Shown here one piece after another: positions 11,909 to 27,184 of a DNA stretch of 64,000 nucleotides. Position 1 is the first letter of the stretch. Each line of letters starts with the position of its first letter. The notes beneath the pieces were generated by a model, which saw nothing but the letters and a program-made list of their open reading frames with translations, did no database searches and was not told where the DNA came from. The stretch is from positions 62,992,001 to 63,056,000 of the forward strand of contig OX597825.1 in NCBI GenBank assembly GCA_951406725.2, written 5' to 3'. This stretch comes from Octopus vulgaris. Lineage: Eukaryota. The position numbers and the translations under genes were made by a program.

Positions 11909-12808
11909 ACGGAATCACCCGTCGTCGCTCGCCCGAACGGGCAAGTTCGCCACGGAACCCAACAACAGCAGCACAGAGAGATACCGAGAGAGACACAAAA
12001 CGGCAAGGCAACAACTGGCTTACATTTAACAACTAGTTTATGACAATCAATTGTTACAACATCAAAGCATTTAAACATGCAAGTAACAATATAACAGTCC
12101 GGTAACGACACAAGTCATATACAGTTCGAAGGCCATTATACAATGTTCAAATCACAACACTGTACAAAATGTCTTTACACAATTCACATTGTTCATTTCA
12201 GTCTCAGTTCTTTTCACTGTTCAATACACCAATTCTTTTTTTCCTTCTACAGTCTCTTTACATCGTAGCACGTATCAATACAATTAAATACCTTAATTCC
12301 TAATTAGAATACCCAGTGTCCCATATTGTAGTTTCTCTCTCTCAGCGCTGCTAGCTCCAACTTGTCAAGCTCCTGAATCCCAACCGCTTGCTCCTAAAAT
12401 TCCAACTGCTCTCTTTGATGACTGAATACCAACTGTCCCTCTATCACTACCCCTCAATCTGTCTCTACTGCTCATACCCTCTCCATCTGCTCTCAGCCCT
12501 AACTGCCTATCTCTATCCTCAATCTGTCTCTTAGCCTTATACTCTCTCTATCCTGCCTGTTCCTATGTCCCTATCTTTATTGGCGCTGCTGCTGTCATCC
12601 TCTCTATCTGCTCTCAGATTCCTTACTCTATCTTTCTCACTACTTTTCTTCTTCCGCACATCAAGGGGTGTTTAGAACGACCTCTAGTTCACCCGAAAGG
12701 GGTTGCAGATTTACCCAGAACCGATCAATCCACCTGAATCTGACAGGACAATGGGTTTATCTCAAAAGTAAGTCACCAGCTCTGTCCTTAAGCTGAACCT
12801 TCATAGCA
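11905..12808 (-). mobile_element. solo LTR (Ty3/gypsy-like) inserted in (TA)n
   Basis: TGTTACGG...CATAGCA termini (TG..CA), ATAT on both sides (4-bp TSD), 904 bp, non-coding. Confidence 0.7.
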
Positions 12809-12868
12809 ATATATATATATATATACATATATACATATATATATACATATATGTATGTACATATACAT

Positions 12869-13274
12869 CAGGCACATGCTGTCAGTAATTACTCTGGGTA
12901 AGTAGTTGATGACATTTATGCAGTTAAATACAGAAAAAAATAAGCGAAACACAGCTGTGAGAGTGAATTGAAGGCAGATTTACTTTTGCCTTTATAGCAT
13001 GTAAAGAAAACGTTGTTGTAGGAGTGTACACAGCAGGTGTACTATAGCACTACTATGCTTCGCTTAAATACTGAGATTGAAAGGCAGGGGCGAATTATAA
13101 CTACCTAATCTACAAAAAAATTAAATATTTTGCATGTTATGTTTAGTAATTAGAGTAACCTTCATAATTTTATTGAATTAGGTGCATATTATGTCATAAA
13201 AGGAAAATGTTACTATTGATCTATTTTATTCCAGGCAGGCAGTACCTCCCTTGCCTACCTAGGTGGCACATCCC

Positions 13275-13276
<2 letters not shown>
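12869..13276. mobile_element. probable hAT-type MITE, diverged TIRs
   Basis: CAGGCACATGCTGTCAG start and GGCAGTACCTCCCTTGCCTACCTAGGTGGCACATCCCCG end resemble hAT termini. Confidence 0.4.
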
Positions 13277-13304
<28 letters not shown>

Positions 13305-13306
<2 letters not shown>

Positions 13307-13535
13307 CATGGCTTGGCTTTGCGAACAAAGATCAGGAAGGCTGTCCACGTTGTGTGCATGCACGTTCATGACTGACAAGTCCAATATGGGAAAGGCAAGT
13401 CCGTGAGTAGTGTCCACAGACGAAGGTAACATCCGGTGTGGTGTCAGAGGTGGCTCGCGCCTTCCTCCTGCGTCTCTTGTCTTTAAGTGTGGTTAATTTG
13501 AGATCCGAGGAGGCGCTACAAAGACTGCCTCAAGA
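13305..13535 (-). mobile_element. RTE (BovB-like) 3' end fragment
   Basis: LKDKRRRRKARA..TFVCGHYSRTCLSHIGLVSHERAC..*. Confidence 0.8.
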
Positions 13536-13580
13536 GTATATATATATATATATATAGACATATGCATGTATGTATGTATG

Positions 13581-13641
<61 letters not shown>

Positions 13642-14540
13642 TTATATATATATTTATTTATATATATATAGATATATGTATGTATATATATATATATATA
13701 TACACACATACATACATATATATATACACACATACATACATATATATAACATATACAATATATGCATATGTATATATATATATGTGTGTATGTATGTATT
13801 TATGTGTATATATATTTGTGAGAGTGTCTCACACGCATATAATCAGACACACTAGTGAAGACCATAATTTCAATGAATAAGTGGATGATTTTTATTGATT
13901 AATTAAAACTAGAAGGTGAGGTAGATTGGTAAATATTTCTGTCTTTGTTAGTTTTCAAAGTAATATATCATATTTGACAAGCTACATGTTTACTCTCTCA
14001 TGGTTTATACATTTCCATTAAATAAAATATTGTAATAAGGATGCAAGTGGAAGACATCCCATTGTCTTTCTAGGAAATGGCCTGGAACTTAAAAACAAAC
14101 AATAATAGAAAGTTACAGACCTGATCGCTGCTGACACATATAGCACTTAGCAGAAAGACTTTCACAGAAGACCACTTAAGTAGAACATTAAGTAGAAGAT
14201 TCTCTTGTAAAGCCGGAAGTCTTTGCAATTTAGTGGAACAGATACAAGCATTCTTTATATTAATGTCAAGATAATTAATGCTTGGAATATGACAAGCAAA
14301 TGACTAAGAGAGTAAGTGGGTTGAGGTGATTAACTTGTCCCAAGGCAACCTCGTTTGAAGCAAAACTTATTTTATCATGCCAAAAATTACCTTTGGTGAA
14401 ACTTTTGCATTGAAATTTCTATATATCTCACATGAGATGTGCTTTAAGTAAGTAATTAATATATTTATATCAAAGAGAAACTGAGTTTATGTGATTTTTT
14501 CCCTCTTTTCCTTTATTATTATAATTATATTATAATAATA

Positions 14541-14599
<59 letters not shown>

Positions 14600-14665
14600 T
14601 TATGCAAACTGAGGATGTATCTTACTCTTAATAGAACAACCTGCATCAATATGATGTAGTCAATG

Positions 14666-15063
14666 CAGCACTGGATTAACCATTAAGGAAAATAAGCATG
14701 TGCTTAGAGCATCAAGGGAAGGAAGGGACACCACAGAAATGGTAAATGGTTTATAGCACAAAAGAAATCCCTTTAAACTTGCTAAATTAGTATTCAGGAT
14801 GCCTTTATCTCTATTAAGTATAGATCCAGATGTGTTACCTAAGATTAATTTTGAGGAGCTGATCAAAGACTTTGCAATTCAAAAATTTAGGAGGAAACTT
14901 TTCAAATATAAAGTATACAAAAATAAACATTATTTTCCCTCTTACTATTTTATTTGCTTTTGAAAAATAAACATTATATTTTATGTTTTGTTATTGCTTA
15001 TATTTTGAATCACATAATCTTTTACGGGGACAGCCAAATACCAAATCTTTTAATCCAGTTTTG
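14666..15063 (+). mobile_element. internally deleted hAT transposon retaining dimerisation-domain C-terminus
   Basis: TIRs CAGCACTGGATTAA / TTAATCCAGTTTTG. 8-bp flanks AGTCAATG / AGTACATG. Encodes LSLLSIDPDVLPKINFEELIKDFAIQKFRRKLF. Confidence 0.85.
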
Positions 15064-15954
15064 AGTACATGTGACCTGGAGGAAATAGCAGCTCTTTTGG
15101 AATCACACCTTATCTTCATTAAAAAAATGGCAAGATATACTAGATAACATAATGTAGTGTTGAATTAGTGGAATTGTATGGAAAGATCAAGGAAAGATGT
15201 CTTTCAGTAATCCATTCTGAGTTTTAGTGCTCTGACTACAAAGCTCGTGACAGAATGAATGCTAAACTGTATCAAGGTGTTAATCGTTCACCTGTATAAA
15301 AATCAGTGACTCAGAGAGGAAAAACCTGCATGAATGGATGTATGTATACCCACTAACTTCCCTAAAAAACTTACCCAGACCTGAGCATATATGTGCAAAT
15401 GCTGAGTCTGTCTATCTTAGCCAATAGAACCAAGGAGTCAAATTAATTATACTATGTCTGAATACACGAGGGGAAAGTCATGACTGGAACGTCTTTAATT
15501 AAAGTTTGTAGGTCAGAGATGAACAGAAGCTAAACAACATCTCTTTCATCCCTAAGTGCATATAACAGATTTCAGTGATAGGATATATATATATTTACAT
15601 GTGTGTGTTTGTAAGGTTTAAAGAAAGCAATGCAGTTAAGAAGTTTTCTTTCCAAACACATCGCTCTGGGTTCAATCCCACTGCATACTTAGAGACAACT
15701 ATCTTCTAGTATTACTTTAGACAAACAAAAGGCTTTTAAATGGGTGCAGGGGACAGAGGCGACCCCTGTTGTGCTCTTTTGCCTAAACTTTCTCTTACTC
15801 TTTCTTCCTGTTTCTTGGGTAACGCTGTGATGGACTGGCATCCCGTCCAGCTGGGGGGAACACATGCACCACAGAAACCGGTAAACCGGGCCCTTGAGCC
15901 TGGCTAGGCTTGAAAAGGGTGAAAAAAAGAAAAGGAAGTATATATATATATATA

Positions 15955-16110
15955 AGTCAGGACGCCATGATAGATCGTTAGCTCCTACACGCATTTTTTT
16001 CTCTCCTTGTTTTTCCTGTGTATCTTTCTATCGAAGAGCGTAGGCTCGAAACGTAAAAACTTTTTCTATTCCTGAGCGCTATACTAATACATTTGTTTGT
16101 TTGTACTTTC
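15955..16110 (+). mobile_element. Penelope-like pLTR fragment in (TA)n with degenerate hammerhead (16024-16059)
   Basis: CTTT-CTATCGA-A-GAGC-gtag-GCTC-GAAA-CG-TA-AAAA. Core positions 5 and 6 deviate from CUGANGA. Confidence 0.5.
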
Positions 16111-16712
16111 CCTTTATATATATATATATATATATGTACGTATGTATATATGTATATATATATATATGTGTGTTTATATGTGTATGAAAATAAAAGTACC
16201 ATAAAGGGGGAGGGTTAAGAAATAATAGAAAAAAGCAGAATGCTATAAGTACTAGATACAAACAAAACTGAAAAAATGTGAAAACAGTCAGGAAAAAAAA
16301 TACTTGGAGGTGATAAAGAAAATTTTTCTGACAACAGAGCTAAAGGCAAAATGCAATGGAAATTGTGTTAGCAGTCATTATCAAGGATGATCTGTGATAA
16401 AGTTTTCAATCTAAAAAACAATAAATGAGTATATATCTATTATGTATCAGGTGATACTTCATTTCGTTGCTGCACAACTTATTATACCAAGTGTGTTTGC
16501 TCAGACAATGAGTGCATGTGATGTGAGACACTGGAATGCAATGGAGTGGATCATCAGATAAATAATTATATATTTATCTATGTATGAATACATGTATGTA
16601 TGTATGTATGACTGTATCTACCTGTCTGTCTGTCTGGCTATCTATCTATTTATCTGTCTCTTCATCCATCCATTCATCCTTTATCTATCTATCTGAATAT
16701 CTCTCTGTCTGT

Positions 16713-16810
<98 letters not shown>

Positions 16811-17247
16811 GTCTGTCTGTCTAAAATTTAGAAAAGTGAGTGAGAGAAATGTTAGGTGCAGGTGTAGCTGTATGGCTATGGTTAAGAAGTTAGCTTCCCA
16901 AACTTGTGATGTACAGTAAAGTCACAGCTAAAAGCCTTGTGAGTAGTTTGGGAGATGGACTAATAGAAGCTTGTTCAATATAAATATGCATATATATACA
17001 TGTGTGTGTGGGTGTGTATCTTTCTCAACAACATGCTAAAGGCGCCTGTGCCAGTGACATGTAAAAGGCACCCATGCTGGTACTGTGTAGAAGGCGTCCA
17101 CTATACTCTTAGAGTGGTTGCTGTTAGGAAGGGCACCCAGCTGTAGAAACCCAGCAAAAGTCAGACTAGAGCCTGGTACAGCTCTCCAACTAATCTGTTC
17201 CAGTCAAACCTTCTAACCCATGCCAGCAAGGAAAATGGACGTTAAAC

Positions 17248-17285
<38 letters not shown>

Positions 17286-17466
17286 GGGAGCTTGCTTCCT
17301 AGCTACATAGTTTCGGGTTCAGTCCCACTGCATGGCACTTTGGGTAGGTGTCTTCCACTATAGCCTCGAGCCAACAGGAGCTTTGTGATTGAATTCAGTC
17401 GGTGGAAGTTACTGCCGTGTGTGTAGGTGTGCGTATAGCTGCTCAGTGCCTCTCCGAAAGAGAGAG

Positions 17467-17543
<77 letters not shown>

Positions 17544-17870
17544 TACATATATAATACATATATATACAGGCAATTCAAGTAGTGAAGATTTAATTTCCTT
17601 GTAAGGGATAATTTATTGCAATCCGGATACCAACTTGTGTTATCAAATATATATCCTGAATCTTGTATGTATTAATTTTCCATTGTCATACTAATAAATT
17701 TAACCAAATATCCACTATATATACATAAATATAAATACATACATAAATATATATATATATACACACATACACACACACATATATATATATATGCATACAT
17801 ACATATATACATATATATATATATGTATATACATACATATATATATATTTATATATATATATATATATAT

Positions 17871-18209
17871 AAACAATTGCAGTGTGGAAGGTGTTTGTAA
17901 GCCATTTAAGAAACACACAAAAGCCGTTCGATTCACTTCAATATTTAAGTTTAATTTGTCAAAATATTTTCGTCGATAAAATCTGCAACCTGTTCACTGA
18001 CAAAAATCCGTGCTGCATCTTGTTGTCAGTGAACAGGTCACGGATTTTAGCGACGAAAATATTTTGACAAATTAAACTTAAATGTTGAAGTGAATCGAAC
18101 GGCTTTTGTGTGTTTCTTAAATGGCTTACAAACACCTTCCACGCTGCAATTGTTTTTGTTTCAGCACATGATCTCAGATCATATTACTTGCTATGCGAGT
18201 ACATCTCCG

Positions 18210-18210
<1 letters not shown>
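17871..18210. mobile_element. Penelope-like foldback (arms about 133 bp, 17871-18155) in (TA)n; each arm has a variant hammerhead
   Basis: AAACAATTGCAGTGTGGAAGGTGTTTG.. is mirrored at 18023-18155. The right arm extends about 55 bp further. Confidence 0.75.
18023..18070 (+). ncRNA. minimal hammerhead-like motif with G3-C8 core swap
   Basis: UUGUCA-GUGAACA-G-GUCAC-ggauuuua-GCGAC-GAA-AAUAUU-U-UGACAA. Mirrored copy at 17956-18003 (-). Confidence 0.55.
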
Positions 18211-18289
<79 letters not shown>

Positions 18290-18680
18290 CGTGAGTTATC
18301 TAAGAGTCCATAAGTCAGGAAAAAGATGCACTTGACACCCACTGTATATATATATATATATATATGTGGAGAGAGAGAGAGAGAAAGTGCAAGAGAGAGA
18401 TAAAGATAAAGAGATAGATAGATACACATATATACATGTGCTTGTGTATATTTTTGATGCTTGTAATCTAGCAACACCATCATACAACCAGTGTTGTTCT
18501 TTTTACAGTCATCCATGAAGAGTGTGTCTGTCCATGACGAAATTTTTACCCTGCTTGAAAACATATTAGGGTTGGCAACAGCAAGAGCATCTGGTGGTTG
18601 AAAATCTGCCTTCACAAATTCCAATTGACCCAGGCAAGTATGGGGAAATGGACATCAAATTATGAAGTTTAAGTGATATA

Positions 18681-18858
18681 TATTTCTTTACTACCCACAA
18701 GGGGCTAAACACAGAAGGGACAAACAAGGACAGACAAACGGATTAAGTCGATTATATCAACCCCAGTGCATAACTGGTACTTATTTAATCGACCCCGAAA
18801 GGATGAAAGGCAAATCGACCTTGGCGGAATTTGAACTCAGAATGTAGCGACAGACAAA
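18681..18858 (-). mobile_element. 5'-truncated SINE family A with 16-bp TSD
   Basis: TSD AAGTTTAAGTGATATA at 18665-18680 and 18859-18874. Confidence 0.9.
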
Positions 18859-19912
18859 AAGTTTAAGTGATATAACAACATCATCGTCCTCTTAGTTTTA
18901 TCATCTACTTTTCCATGTTGACATGGGAGAGACAGAATTTATTAAAGGCAGATGTTCTGTTGCTTCATACTCTTCCTGTCACAAAACCTGACTTGATTCT
19001 GAACAAGGAATTATTTCTTTATGAGCCAGATATGTTTATCACAGAAGATTACAAATGCACAACGCTTCTTTACAAATATCATGCATAACATGACAAAGAC
19101 TCACACACGTGCACTCGCATACACACACACATGCACACATACACAAACATACACACACACATGCTCTCTCTCTCTCTCTCTCTCTCTCGTGCACACACAC
19201 ACACAGAGGAACACATAAATATACATTCAGGCACACATGCACATTAGACTGAAAAGTGCAATGCATGAAACTCTTGCTCTTTCTTCAGTTTTTTTGTAAC
19301 CTGAGCCATTTAGAAATAAAATGTTTATATATTCTCACCTTTTGATTAATATCTTGTGCATTTTTATCCTTTACCTGTTTCAGTCATTTGACTTTGGCTT
19401 TGCTGGGGCACCATCTAGAAGTGTTTTAGAAGAAACAAACTGATCCCAATACATTTTTTTAAAGCCTAATACTTATTCTAACAGTCTCTTTTTGCTGAAC
19501 CACCAAGTTACAGGGACATAAACACACCAACACCAGCTGTCAAGCAGTGGTAAGGGACAAATACACACACACACAATAGGCTTCTTTCAGTTTCTGTCAA
19601 CCAAATCCACTTGGTTGGCCCAAGGCTATAGTAGGAAACACATGTTCAAGGTGCTACACAGTGGGACTAAACCCAGAACCAGGTGATTTGGAAGCTAGCT
19701 TCCTAGCCTTTGAACCACCTCAATACATAAATATATGAGACTGAAAATAAGTGGTGTAAAAAGGATGCCTACATACAAACATAATACACACATACATATG
19801 TTCATAGATACATACATACGCACACACAACACACACACACACACACAGAAACTTTGCCAGATCAGATTGGGGTCTGGTGCAGCCTTCTGGCTCACCAGCC
19901 TTCAGTCACACC

Positions 19913-20140
19913 TATTTCTTTACTACCCACAAGGGGCTAAACACAGAGGGGACAAACAAGGACAGAAAAATGGATCAAGTCGATTACATCGACCCCAGTG
20001 CATAACTGGTACTTAATTTATCGACCCCAAAAGGATGAAAGGTAAAGTCGACCTCAGCGGAATTTGAACTGAAAACGTAACGGCAGACGAAATACGGCTA
20101 CGCATTTCGCCCAGCGTGCTAACGTTTCTGCCAGCTAGCC
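19913..20140 (-). mobile_element. full-length SINE family A nested in family C copy, 15-bp TSD
   Basis: TSD GCCTTCAGTCACACC at 19898-19912 and 20141-20155. Confidence 0.9.
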
Positions 20141-21328
20141 GCCTTCAGTCACACCGTCCAACCCATGCCACCATGTAAAGCGGGTGTTAAACAACGACAA
20201 CGATGATGATGATATACACACACACATACGCACACACACGTGCACACACATACGTACACACACACACACGCACACATGCACACACACATATATATGTGCA
20301 CTTATGCATTTATATAGTTTCGTCTTGTGTCTTGGATGAACCATTTTACATCATAACTTTTATGACTGTTTAGCCTAAACAATATTGATGGGCTTCATGT
20401 CAGAGTTTGACACAGAGAAAACAAAAAAAGTCAAAATTATACATATAGGTTGGTAATGGATAAACAAAAGTCATGATTGTGTAAAGAAAATGTCAGACTT
20501 CTGTTGAAAAAAAAAATATCACTGCATATAGCAAAATACAAACACATTTCATAATTCAATTTTTAATTCCTTTCTCTTCTAGTCTTAACCTTCCTGTTTC
20601 TTTTACACATATATTAAAAAAGAAAGAAAGATTAAATAAAACAACTGCAAAGGAAGAAAGAAAGTAAATTTGAATAAAATCATTATTAATTTTTCATATA
20701 TTGATGTCAGATTTGATCTGTTATTACAAATGCTTTAGTGGTATCTTTTTTGATTTTTTGTTTTTTTTAATAATAACGATTCCTATTAAATTAAGATAGA
20801 TTTAGTAAATGAGACTCAGTTTGACTATTCGGGTGATTTATGACTTTGCTATCTAATTTTTACAAAAAAAAAATAAAAAAAAAGAAAAACAAAGAAAAAA
20901 TATCATAAATCAAAAGCTTAAATATATGCGTATCCATTACTGAAAATATGGTGTCTGTATGCAATGATATTTGCGACTTCTTTCTTAAATGTATTTATTG
21001 TTTACATTTATCGTTTTATCATGAGATGATACTCTTTCTAGGACATTGCCTTCAAGAGTTTTACTCATATCAACCCCACTTCCTTGATATATAAATCATT
21101 GATCTATGATGGTAGAATGTCTAGGTTAACTTAATTTTTATTTTCGGTATAAAATGACATAGCTTAATATAACATTTTACGCAGATATACACATACATAG
21201 ACTCAAGCACAACTCAAATATACCCACATGTATATAATGCGTAATGCAATAGCAATAACTTCTCTATAATGATTTATAAATCAGTAACTCACATATATAT
21301 ATATATATAAGTATGTATATATATATAT

Positions 21329-21361
<33 letters not shown>

Positions 21362-21540
21362 AGTATATATATATATATATATATATATATTCATATGTTA
21401 TGTATATATATATATATACATATATATGTATGTATGTATGTATGCATGTAAGTATGTATGTATATGTATATATATATATACATGTGTGTGTGTCAGTTTA
21501 TCTATCTATCTATCTTTCTATCTAGCTGTCTATCTATCTC

Positions 21541-21580
<40 letters not shown>

Positions 21581-21586
21581 AGTGTG

Positions 21587-21625
<39 letters not shown>

Positions 21626-21633
21626 ATATATGC

Positions 21634-21708
<75 letters not shown>

Positions 21709-22121
21709 GTACACACACAACAATACAGTATTACAATGCAATAAATTACAGACGACTAACAGAATTAGAATAAGACTTCAAGTTACAGTCTTCTAGACTT
21801 TTTGAGAAATAATAGAAATTTATTTAAAAATTTGAATTTTAAACATGTCTGTCTATATGGAAACCTATTTCGTGCCAAAGTCAACAAAATGTAAATATTT
21901 AAACAATGCATTTAAAAGTACTTGGAGAAATAGATATCATTAGGAAAAGAAAGTAGCTATTGATAAAAGCATTACAGAATAAAGTGATGAGGAAAAAAAT
22001 GTTGAAAAGAAAGGAGGAAAAAATGATATATACTTTTTTTTTTAACTTGTTTCAGTCATTTGACTGTGGCCATGCTGGAGCACCGCATTTATGTGTAAGT
22101 GTGTGCATGTATATATGACTA

Positions 22122-22445
22122 ACTGGCATTCTGTCAGTTATGAGGACTAGGGTTCCAGATGAGCCAATCAACAGAACATCCTGCTTCTGAAATTAATGTG
22201 CATGTGGCTGAGTACTCCACAGTCATGTGTACACTGTAACATTGTTCTTAGGGAGATTCAGAGAGAAAAAGAATATGACAAGGTTGGCCCTTTCAATTAC
22301 AGGTACTATTCATTTTTGCCAGCAAGGTGGATTGGAGTAATGTGAAATAAAGTGTCTTGCTCAAGGACACAAAGCGTTGCAGGAAAATGAATATGTGACT
22401 TTATGATTGGGAGGCAAATACCCTTAATACTAAGCCAGGCACCTT
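22122..22445 (-). mobile_element. tRNA SINE, Deu/Nin-like family, diverged
   Basis: Core GAGT.CTCAGCCAC.TGCAC.TTAATTTC is shared with 46345-46545 (+). Related copy at 22995-23232. Confidence 0.6.
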
Positions 22446-22446
22446 G

Positions 22447-22487
<41 letters not shown>

Positions 22488-22528
22488 TACATAAAGAATA
22501 AAAGAATATGTATGAGTATATATATGTG

Positions 22529-22565
<37 letters not shown>

Positions 22566-22567
<2 letters not shown>

Positions 22568-22652
22568 TTTATTTAAAAGCAGCAGAAATTCAACAAAACC
22601 TGTTACTCCGAGTAACAGGTTTTGTTGAATTTCTGCTGCTTTTAAATAAAGT
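22566..22652. repeat. perfect palindrome, 43-bp arms, 1-nt loop, inside (TA)n
   Basis: ACTTTATTTAAAAGCAGCAGAAATTCAACAAAACCTGTTACTC-c-exact reverse complement. Confidence 0.95.
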
Positions 22653-23426
22653 ATATATATATATGTATATATACATACACATATATATATACTCATACAT
22701 ATTCTTTTATTCTTTTGTTTCAGTCATTTGAGTGCAGCCATGCTGGAGCACTGCTAAGTTGTAGTGATATAAACACACCAGCATCAATTGTCAACCGATG
22801 ATAGGAGAGACAAACACACACACATACATGTATGCATACACACACACACACATATATACGATGGGCTTCTTCCAGTTTCTGTCTACTAAATCCCCTCACA
22901 GCGCTTTGGTTGGCATGAAGCTATAGTAGAAAACATTTTCCCAACATTGCGATGCCTGCATGGAAGGCAGATGTTAAATGATGATGATGATGTTGTGACT
23001 GTGTACTCCACAAACACATGTACCCTTAATGCAGTTCTCAGCGAGACTCAGCATGGCACAATATGTGACAAGGCCAGCCTTTTAAAATACAGATGCTACT
23101 TTTTTTTGCCAGCTGAGTGGACTGGAGCAATATGAAATAAAGTATCTTGCTCAAGGACAAAGGGCATTGACAGGAATTGAACTCACGACCTTGCAATCAT
23201 GAGTTGAATACCCTAACTGCTAAGCCACTCCCTATCACACACAAATCTTATATACAAGTAATAATGCTATGTTCCTGAAGATTTTGCTGTAACCTGGAAT
23301 TCCATATTGGAAAATCTGTTTTCCACGGACTGCCATGTTACATTGAAGTTAATAGAAAATATGTTTTGTGTTAAGGAATTCCATCTTACAGTAACATTTT
23401 CTAGGACACAGCACTTCCAAGACATA

Positions 23427-23690
23427 TTGGAGGCACGTGACTTAGTGGTTAGTGTGTTGGACTTATGATTGTAAAATTGTGGTTTCAATTCCTGGACTGG
23501 GCAACTCATTGTGTTCTTGAGCAAAGCTATTCATATCATGTTGCTCCGGTCCACTAAGCTGGCAAAAATGAGTAATTTTGTGATGGACTGGCATCCTGTC
23601 CAGGTGGGGAAGTTATATGCCATGGAAACTAGAAAACTAGCACTTATGAGTCACGTTGACTCAAGAAGGAAACTTTACTTTATTTCATTA
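23427..23690 (+). mobile_element. tRNA SINE family D (V-domain-like)
   Basis: GGAGGCACGTGACTTAGTGGTTAG head, GGTTTCAATTCC, TGTGATGGACTGGCATCCTGTCCAG and (CTTTA)n tail. Confidence 0.7.
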
Positions 23691-23696
23691 TTTACT

Positions 23697-24228
<532 letters not shown>

Positions 24229-24614
24229 TTTACTTTACTTCCCTGACATTGGCAATGCCTGTATTACAGCCTTCTATCCTTTTTTCAAGCTGCTAAGGTC
24301 TATATCTAGCAGACCCCTTTGCTAGTCATTGTGTCTTTGGTGATTAGAGTTTGGTGTATTATTCTTGTTAGTAATTCTTTTTCATTTAGTCAAATGACTA
24401 ATAATTGACATTATTTGAAGATTTAGTGTAGTATTGCCACAATCATGCTATATAGTTGTTGTTGTTGTTGCTGTTGTTGTTGTTGTTAGAAATCTCCTGA
24501 GAGGTTTACATCTCAATATTACTAAAATCTGAACTTGTCTGAATTTTAAAACATGCAACACGAAGAAAACAATAGCTCGAAATACCATCCACCTCTACCC
24601 CAACCCGTCCTCTT

Positions 24615-24616
24615 TC

Positions 24617-24649
<33 letters not shown>

Positions 24650-25100
24650 ATATAATTTTCATAATCATTACTGTCATCATTGCTGTGATCATTGTAGCAC
24701 TCATCACCACCACCACCAACATACCACCTCAACTGTCATCATTATCATCATCATCATCATCACCACCATCACTACCATTATCGTCATCATCATCATTATC
24801 ATCAACATCATCACCATCACCACCATCATCATCCTCGTTATCATCATCATCATCATCATCATCATCACAGTCATCGTTATAAACTTAATAATCATCACCG
24901 TCACCATTGCTGTGATCATTGTTGCACTCATCACCACCACCACGACTGTCATCATTAACATCATCATCACCACCACTACCACCACCACCACCACCACCAC
25001 CACCACCACCACCACCGACATCATCATTATCATCACCATCATGAGCCGCAGCAGTGGCAGCAGCAGCAGTAGCAGCAGTAGCAGCAGCAACATCATCAAT
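24615..25100. repeat. compound (CAT/CAC/CAG)n microsatellite
   Basis: Trinucleotide runs seen directly. Confidence 0.95.
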
Positions 25101-25544
25101 CTCTTTTAGCATTACTTTGTTTTATCAAGTTGGTATGGATAAGATCGAACGTATCTGCTGCACAGCATATTTCCAATTGTCTTGGATCCCAGTACATCTT
25201 CCCTTGTTACATGCATGTGCTGCGTTACATCATGCAAACACAGCACACATGCACACATACAACAAACACACGCATATACACATACATATTTACACATGCA
25301 CATCTATAGGTACTTTTTTGTTTTTTTTTTATATTTTTTGTTTTGTTGTTTTTTTTTTAATTTTTAAATTCTCAGCATTTAGAATTGCAGTCGTTGAGAA
25401 AGGATGGAATCCTTGTTTTTCTGAAGCATTCATATATTCCTGACGCCAAGGAATTTCATAATGAATAAAATTTCGTTTCCTTGAATGATTTCACAAAGAT
25501 AATCAAATTTTCAAATCGCAATTGAGACAGAAAGAGAGGAAAGG

Positions 25545-25599
<55 letters not shown>

Positions 25600-25799
25600 A
25601 CGGAGGATGAAATGGGGAAAAGCAAAAAAAAAAAAAAATGAAAGAGAGAGAGAGAGAGAGAGAATGAAAGAAAAGAAAAAAGGAAATGAAAGAAAATGAA
25701 AGAGAGACTGAAAGAGAATGAAAGAATGAATATATATCATAAAACAAAGTTAATAACAAACCGTAATAAACAATGGTTAAAAATAGTTAAATAAAACAA

Positions 25800-26274
<475 letters not shown>

Positions 26275-27184
26275 GAATACTTGGTTATAGGATACAATTA
26301 GAAATAAATGTCCATAACGAAAAATGAAGTCGTATAAAAGAGAAGAGAAAAATAAAAATGGTAAAACAAAACAAAACAAATAATAAATAAGATAAAAAGA
26401 AATTAAAAAAACACGGAAATATTCCCAAATAAAAAAAAAAAAGAAAGAAAACGAAAATTACTTTCAACATATTAAAAGGAAAGTTACTGTTAACATACAG
26501 GCGGATCAGTAACAGAAATCAGTACTGAAGTGTTTAAAACATTTTTCCAAATAACCAGTATTTTGTCAAAGAATATGAAATGGGTATTTATAGAATAGAT
26601 GTGTTGGAGAAATCTATGAATGGGATCAATGTATTGGAAGGGAAGAAAGAATTTGAAATAAAAATGCTTTGCTGTGTTCTTTTTTTACGTATCTTTTAAA
26701 GTTTTGGAAAATTCTTATGAAATAATATGTTGGGGGCTGGGGGAATGACTGTGTCATGCATGTGTGTGTATATATGTATATATATTTATACATTATTGTA
26801 TTATACATACATATTTCTGCATGTGTGTATATATAAATATGTGTATATATACATAGAAACATTACACACTCACTCACACACATATATATGAATATACATA
26901 TGTGTATATATGTATATATATGTATAAATATTTGTGTGTATATACATATATATATTTGTATGTGAGTAGATGTGTGTAATGTTTGCATGTATATATACAC
27001 ATATTTATATATATACATGTGGGCATGTGTATAATAAAAATGTATATATATACATACAAACATTACACACTCACTCACACACATATATATGAATATACAT
27101 ATGTATATATGTATATATATGTATGTATATATATTTGTGTGTATATACATATATATATATACGTATGTGAGTAGATGTGTGTAG

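Noticed and set aside
21042-21111. 70-nt candidate exon DIAFKSFTHINPTSLIYKSLIYD
   Set aside because: Weak donor, no recognisable homology or partner exon.
25105-25520. Possible exons on either strand (e.g. WNPCFSEAFIY, IHYEIPWRQEY)
   Set aside because: Several short frames are equally plausible, with no consistent splice pair.
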